This document shows, piece by piece, positions 59,530 to 64,000 of a stretch of 64,000 nt of DNA (within the stretch, counting starts at the first letter, position 1; each line of letters starts with the position of its first letter). This DNA comes from Polyangiaceae bacterium (GTDB lineage: Bacteria > Myxococcota_A > Polyangia > Polyangiales > Polyangiaceae). The notes beneath the pieces are model-generated. The model ran no database searches. It saw only the letters and a program-made list of their open reading frames with translations, and was not told the DNA's origin. Both the position numbers and the translations under genes were made by a program. The DNA is taken from assembly GCA_965222375.1 (NCBI GenBank), contig CBDCTZ010000009.1:128001-192000 (forward strand), read 5' to 3'.

Positions 59530-62500
59530 CTACTGCTGTTTGACCCAGTAGGATGAACCCGCCAGGATCTGGACCCTCTCCATCCGATCCAGTCTGGTCT
59601 CAGGTCTCACCTCGAATTCAAGCGCGTAGGCGCCTCCAAAGGACCTGTTCGCGAACTCGAACCGCGAAACGGCGCTAATGTACTGGGTTTGCCAGCCGTC
59701 TTTCAGCGGATCAAGCCACAGCTCCGCGGCGAGCCCCTTCGCTCCTTCGATCGTCCCGGTCGGGAGCGCCAGGGTCTGCCACACGCCTTCGTAGTTCGTG
59801 ACCCACGGTGGCCCGACGTGCCGCAGGTCATAACGGATGAAGGCTTCTGAGTAGCACCCCAGAGGATCTACCGCTTTGGTGCAGTCCATCAGTCCCGTGC
59901 CGACGAAGTTCACAGCAAGCTGGGTCCAGCGCGCATTGAAGCGCTTCTCGTACGGCGGTACAGCGTAGCCGTGGTCCCGGCGACCCCAGGGATCCAAGTT
60001 GAAGAACAAGCGTGCGCGCTGCGGTCTCTTGTAGAAGCTACACTCGTCCAGGCACACCTGGGAGCAGGGAGGCTGAACCGTGTCACAGCCACAAGCAACG
60101 CAGTCCTTCCCGCAGGTTTGCTCGACAGGAATGGTGGAGCTGACAGGCGTCCATTGCTCGGCCAAGAAGCCGAGCTCCCCGAGTTCCCCAGGCTCGGCCA
60201 CACAGAGCAATTCCCAAGGTGCCATTGACGCTCCGCCACCCGGTACATCCACCGGAAAGCTAACCGGCGTTGTCTGCAGACCCGGAAGTGTGATTACGTC
60301 GATGTCCTCGTCAGCGACCGCTGCCGGGCGAGAAACGGCGTAGCCATCGACGAAAGCTTGGAGGTTCGCCACGTAATCGCTGACTTTGTTTGTGTAGATC
60401 CCACCAGGCGTCGGTGAACCGACTTCGAGTCCAACAGCAGCCGGCAACGTCAGATCGTACGTGTACACCTCGTCGGCCCACACCGCCGGACTGTGCACAA
60501 AAGCTTCCGGCGTTGTGAGCTCGGACATCTTGACCACGTATCTGGCTTCGATTGCACGTCGAGCCGCCAGTGCGTACCGCCGAGAATTTTCGAGCAGCGC
60601 CTTGGCTCGCCATAGGTCATAGCTCCGATAACGGCGGTGGAGTCCAAACGAGGTGACCTGGCTTGCCTTCGTCAGCTCCACCTCGAGTTCGTGGCGCTCG
60701 GATGCCAGGCGACTCTGGTTGGTGGCCCGAAGGATTTCTGCGCCGCTTTTTGCGATTCGCGCGCCGGCATCCGCCAGTCCTCGCGCGGCCGAGTTGATGC
60801 CCGCCCAAGCGTCGAGTACCGCCTCGATGTGTTGGCTCTGTGCTGGCGCCACCGAGGTGCACACGTCTCGACACTTCTGCATTTGTTGGATTAGCGGTCC
60901 TGGAGAGAAGGAGGCCGTGACTGTCGTGCTCACGGAAGATGGGAAACCGACCGAGGCTCCCACGGAGACGCTTGTAGAAGTTCCGGCAGCCAACGCTGCT
61001 GCCATCGCTCTTACGGAACAATTGTCCTTGCAGAGCTGGTCTGCGGCGTTGAGCTGTGCCTCGGCGGTGGCTATTCTCGCCTTCGTGGCAGCGACAGCTG
61101 TCGTCAGCGCAGCAATGTGCTCGTGGGGCTCACGAAGCGCGGCCCACTGCTCGATGAAGAGCGGTTGCAGGGTTCCACCTGAATACTCCAGGAACGTTGG
61201 CGCGGCCGGTTCATTCAGCTTCTCAAACACTGGCACCGCGACCGCAAGCTCTTGCGCGTTCATTGCGTCGACTCGGCCTTGGACGAAGCAGTCAAGAATC
61301 AGGTTGATGTTGGTGTTGGCAGGAGGCGGGTCGCACGTTGGCACGGGCGACACCCCTGGATAGTTTGGCTGCGTAAAACCGACGCGTGTATCGCACGACG
61401 TGTTTCCCGACCCGCACAGCGCCTCGGCCTCCTCCTTCAATCCTGCAGCAGCGCGCGCTGTGGCAGCCGAAAGCTCCGCCTCGCTGGATTGCTCAACGAG
61501 TAAATTGTCCAAACTGGACTCAACGGCCTTCGTCGCTTCCTTCGCCTTCAGTTCAGCCGCGTTGAGGTAGAAGTCGACCGAGCTGGCGCCATCGGCCCCG
61601 CCTAGCAGCTTTGCATTCAGCGGCGGAACCCAGTCCGAGGCAATGCCGTAGCCATCGTATGCCGGCTCGATTGGATTGCGCGCTAGTCCCATCGACTGCT
61701 CACGAGCCCAGTCACCAAACTCGCCGCCCGCCGCGAACTGCTGGGCGTGGTGCGGCACGTCTTCGAGGCGAACATCCCCACCGAGCAGTGCCCAGCGCGG
61801 CTGTGTACCCACATAGCGGTTCCACACAAATGTGGCCCTGCCGTCGGGCACCGAAACCCGCTCGAACACGATTCTCCATGGCGCGCTCTCTGCGCCGGCA
61901 ATCTGCTGGTTGTGGCTGGTGGCGCCGTTGTAGCTCCTGGCTACGTTGGGGAATGCGGAGGAAATAGCGCTGAGTATGGTTGCGCCACGAATCTGACTCC
62001 CGGGATGCTCCGCAAGGTTTCCAGCGAGGCCTTGGGTATCTAACGGGCCGTCTAATCGCACCGCCCGCACCTGGGCATTTGCCTCGGCAAATTCCCCTCC
62101 CTTCTCGAAGAAGACGCTGACGTTGTAGAGCGGGTTGCCAAGGCCGTCCTGCGGGATCGTGAGTCGTGGTGGATTTTCCGAATTGCGCTGGAGGAACGGT
62201 CGAACCGTCACGCTGCCCGGACCGATGGCTCCCTCGATCAGTTCCAGAATGTCGTTGCCTCGGGCAAAGTACTTGTCCTGCACGTTTGCGATCGTGCCTG
62301 GGTTCTCTTGGATATACGCGAGCGAGGAAAACACCATTTCTCGCACGGCTGTCAGCGCCGATGCCGTGCCCATGGTGCGTTTCAAGTCCGAGACGGTGCT
62401 ATCCTGACTGCCGGCAAAGGCTTGCTCACGGCCTCTCGCGCCGAGATCCAGGACGTCCGCCGTCGGCAAATATAGCCCACTGAAGCCCTGGTACGCAGGT

Positions 62501-64000
62501 GCCAGCTGCGCCAATGACTTGGGGGCGAACAGCGTTGGATTTCCGAGCGAGTCGTTTTCCAGGCGCACGTAGTTGATCGCAGGAGTCTTGGTTTGATCCA
62601 ACCAAAAGTCGAGAGTGCCAACGATGTTCTGCCCGCTGCACGCGGAGTAGCCCTTCTTCTGCGTTGGATTGGTGATCTGGACGTCCCCGATCATGTCAGC
62701 CAAAAAGCTCGAGAGAGTGTGGGCATGGTCTCGGGTGACGCGATACTTCTGCCACAGCACGTGCTCTGCCGTGTCCTGCGGGATCGTGATTTGCGCGGGA
62801 TGAACCGGGCAGGTGTCCGTCGCCTTGTCGTAGTCCGCGCAATCGGCCAACCGCAGTTGAACTTCAATATCGTCGTAGAGCAGCTGAGCGCTCGCCTCGA
62901 TGTCGTATTTGTTGCAGCCCCCACCAACGGCCCTCGGCTTGATTGCGACGCGGTTGAATTGGCGCGCTAATGCAAGCAGGGTTTCCACCTGGGGTTCCGA
63001 GATGTCGGTCTGCGAGTAGCCGAGCCGCTCCCGGGAAGGCCAGTCGCGAGGCGCGGATGCTCCTCCGAAGACGTTTGGCAATTCGTAGCCGAGCGGGTGG
63101 ATCCACGGACCGTTGCGGCGGACCGCCAACGCGTCGCCCCCGAACAAGATCGCCATCCCGCGTTGATACCAGGACGCCGGGCCCCAGAGGTCATCTGGCC
63201 GGGCTTCACCCACGCCACCGGTTGCTGCCCGGGAGCTGCGGCTTCGCGCTGCGAGGCTGACCATTTCACGCGTGACTTCCACATTGAGCTGTACCGCGGT
63301 GGCGAAATCCCGCCCCATGCTTTCCACAACAGTTAGCGTCGAACTCGGATCCGGATCCAAATCGGTCTGTCCACACACGCTCTCGGCGGGGCAGGCGAAA
63401 CCGCTCCCGGATGCTCCCCAAAAGCCAATCCCTGGAATGTGCTTCCCAGGCAGTATCGGGAGTAGGTTGACCAGGTGTTCCAGCCCCGGGCGCGAAAGCG
63501 CTACTCCCAGCAGTGCGTACTGCACCATCGCGATCTGGGAGCGCTGCCGAATCGTCTCGACCAGGTGTCGCTGCTCCGCCTCCGAGAGCAGCAAGGCTTC
63601 ACCGCCCGACGCTCCAGGAGAAGAGCTTCGAAGCCGTTGCGCGATACAGAGATTCAGCCCCGCAGTCCGTAAATCCGAGTTGATGTTCTCATACCATAGC
63701 TCGAGGTTTGGGGACGCGTTTGGCGGCGCAACAAAACGCTCTTGTACTGGAGATGGCTCCAACCCCGGAGGTTCCGTAGGCTGACCGGTCACCGGATCGC
63801 AGTTTCCGCTGGGGTGCTTGTCGCGCAGCACTGCCCACGCGGAATAGACGGCCTCTGTCGAGAAACCTCCGCCGAGAGCCTGCCCCATCTTGTCCGTGAC
63901 CAAGGTGAGATGCTTGTCCCTCAAGTTCGTATATATGACGCTGCCCGCGTCATCCAAGGAGCAGGCGGTCAGCGCGTCCGCGACCAGCAGCTCGGTCGTG
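59530..64000 (-). CDS. Very large protein (5'-truncated by the window), putative TcA-like toxin complex subunit
   Basis: Frame is open to the window edge; long Ala-rich coiled coils flank a hydrophobic Ser/Gly hairpin; C-terminal 'F..R...G.Y.LEF...L.R...VQIL...Y' resembles a TcB-binding domain. Confidence 0.55.
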   Translation of the reverse strand, partial: TTELLVADALTACSLDDAGSVIYTNLRDKHLTLVTDKMGQALGGGFSTEAVYSAWAVLRDKHPSGNCDPVTGQPTEPPGLEPSPVQERFVAPPNASPNLELWYENINSDLRTAGLNLCIAQRLRSSSPGASGGEALLLSEAEQRHLVETIRQRSQIAMVQYALLGVALSRPGLEHLVNLLPILPGKHIPGIGFWGASGSGFACPAESVCGQTDLDPDPSSTLTVVESMGRDFATAVQLNVEVTREMVSLAARSRSSRAATGGVGEARPDDLWGPASWYQRGMAILFGGDALAVRRNGPWIHPLGYELPNVFGGASAPRDWPSRERLGYSQTDISEPQVETLLALARQFNRVAIKPRAVGGGCNKYDIEASAQLLYDDIEVQLRLADCADYDKATDTCPVHPAQITIPQDTAEHVLWQKYRVTRDHAHTLSSFLADMIGDVQITNPTQKKGYSACSGQNIVGTLDFWLDQTKTPAINYVRLENDSLGNPTLFAPKSLAQLAPAYQGFSGLYLPTADVLDLGARGREQAFAGSQDSTVSDLKRTMGTASALTAVREMVFSSLAYIQENPGTIANVQDKYFARGNDILELIEGAIGPGSVTVRPFLQRNSENPPRLTIPQDGLGNPLYNVSVFFEKGGEFAEANAQVRAVRLDGPLDTQGLAGNLAEHPGSQIRGATILSAISSAFPNVARSYNGATSHNQQIAGAESAPWRIVFERVSVPDGRATFVWNRYVGTQPRWALLGGDVRLEDVPHHAQQFAAGGEFGDWAREQSMGLARNPIEPAYDGYGIASDWVPPLNAKLLGGADGASSVDFYLNAAELKAKEATKAVESSLDNLLVEQSSEAELSAATARAAAGLKEEAEALCGSGNTSCDTRVGFTQPNYPGVSPVPTCDPPPANTNINLILDCFVQGRVDAMNAQELAVAVPVFEKLNEPAAPTFLEYSGGTLQPLFIEQWAALREPHEHIAALTTAVAATKARIATAEAQLNAADQLCKDNCSVRAMAAALAAGTSTSVSVGASVGFPSSVSTTVTASFSPGPLIQQMQKCRDVCTSVAPAQSQHIEAVLDAWAGINSAARGLADAGARIAKSGAEILRATNQSRLASERHELEVELTKASQVTSFGLHRRYRSYDLWRAKALLENSRRYALAARRAIEARYVVKMSELTTPEAFVHSPAVWADEVYTYDLTLPAAVGLEVGSPTPGGIYTNKVSDYVANLQAFVDGYAVSRPAAVADEDIDVITLPGLQTTPVSFPVDVPGGGASMAPWELLCVAEPGELGELGFLAEQWTPVSSTIPVEQTCGKDCVACGCDTVQPPCSQVCLDECSFYKRPQRARLFFNLDPWGRRDHGYAVPPYEKRFNARWTQLAVNFVGTGLMDCTKAVDPLGCYSEAFIRYDLRHVGPPWVTNYEGVWQTLALPTGTIEGAKGLAAELWLDPLKDGWQTQYISAVSRFEFANRSFGGAYALEFEVRPETRLDRMERVQILAGSSYWVKQQ

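Overview
GC-rich bacterial DNA that looks myxobacterial: it has a MYXO-CTERM protein, Gly-rich linker lipoproteins and a Cys-rich CGDG repeat. Positions 1-30.7 kb are mostly core or metabolic genes: prkA-like kinase, APC permease, tRNA(CAT), S8 peptidase, selenocysteine-containing selD with a SECIS, and tnaA. They also hold an NO-respiration-type cluster: a heme-copper oxidase subunit I with Tyr->Gln (eNOR-like), a CuA subunit II, a second degenerate subunit I, SCO, a cytochrome b/ferredoxin/MvhD fusion, Rrf2 and Crp/Fnr regulators, and a radical SAM protein. A 26-nt 3' fragment of a tRNA-Pro-like gene at 30708-30733 probably marks the edge of a genomic island that fills the rest of the window. 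The island carries a TcA-like gene, a lipoprotein and a large SpvB/FG-GAP/Rhs toxin gene. Downstream of the Rhs core lie two tandem ~7.5-kb units, each with an Rhs core tail, toxin tip, immunity gene, XRE regulator, primase-helicase, XerC-like recombinase and TA pair. All three unit boundaries fall on the same 6-bp core (CTTTGG, within the YFGKR codons of the Rhs core) and are in frame. The main candidate system is therefore a self-replicating integrative element that uses the Rhs core as its att site and swaps the toxin tip when it integrates. An IS21 with a 5-bp target duplication currently interrupts the full-length Rhs gene about 15 bp from that core. All calls come from motif reading by eye; no database searches were run.
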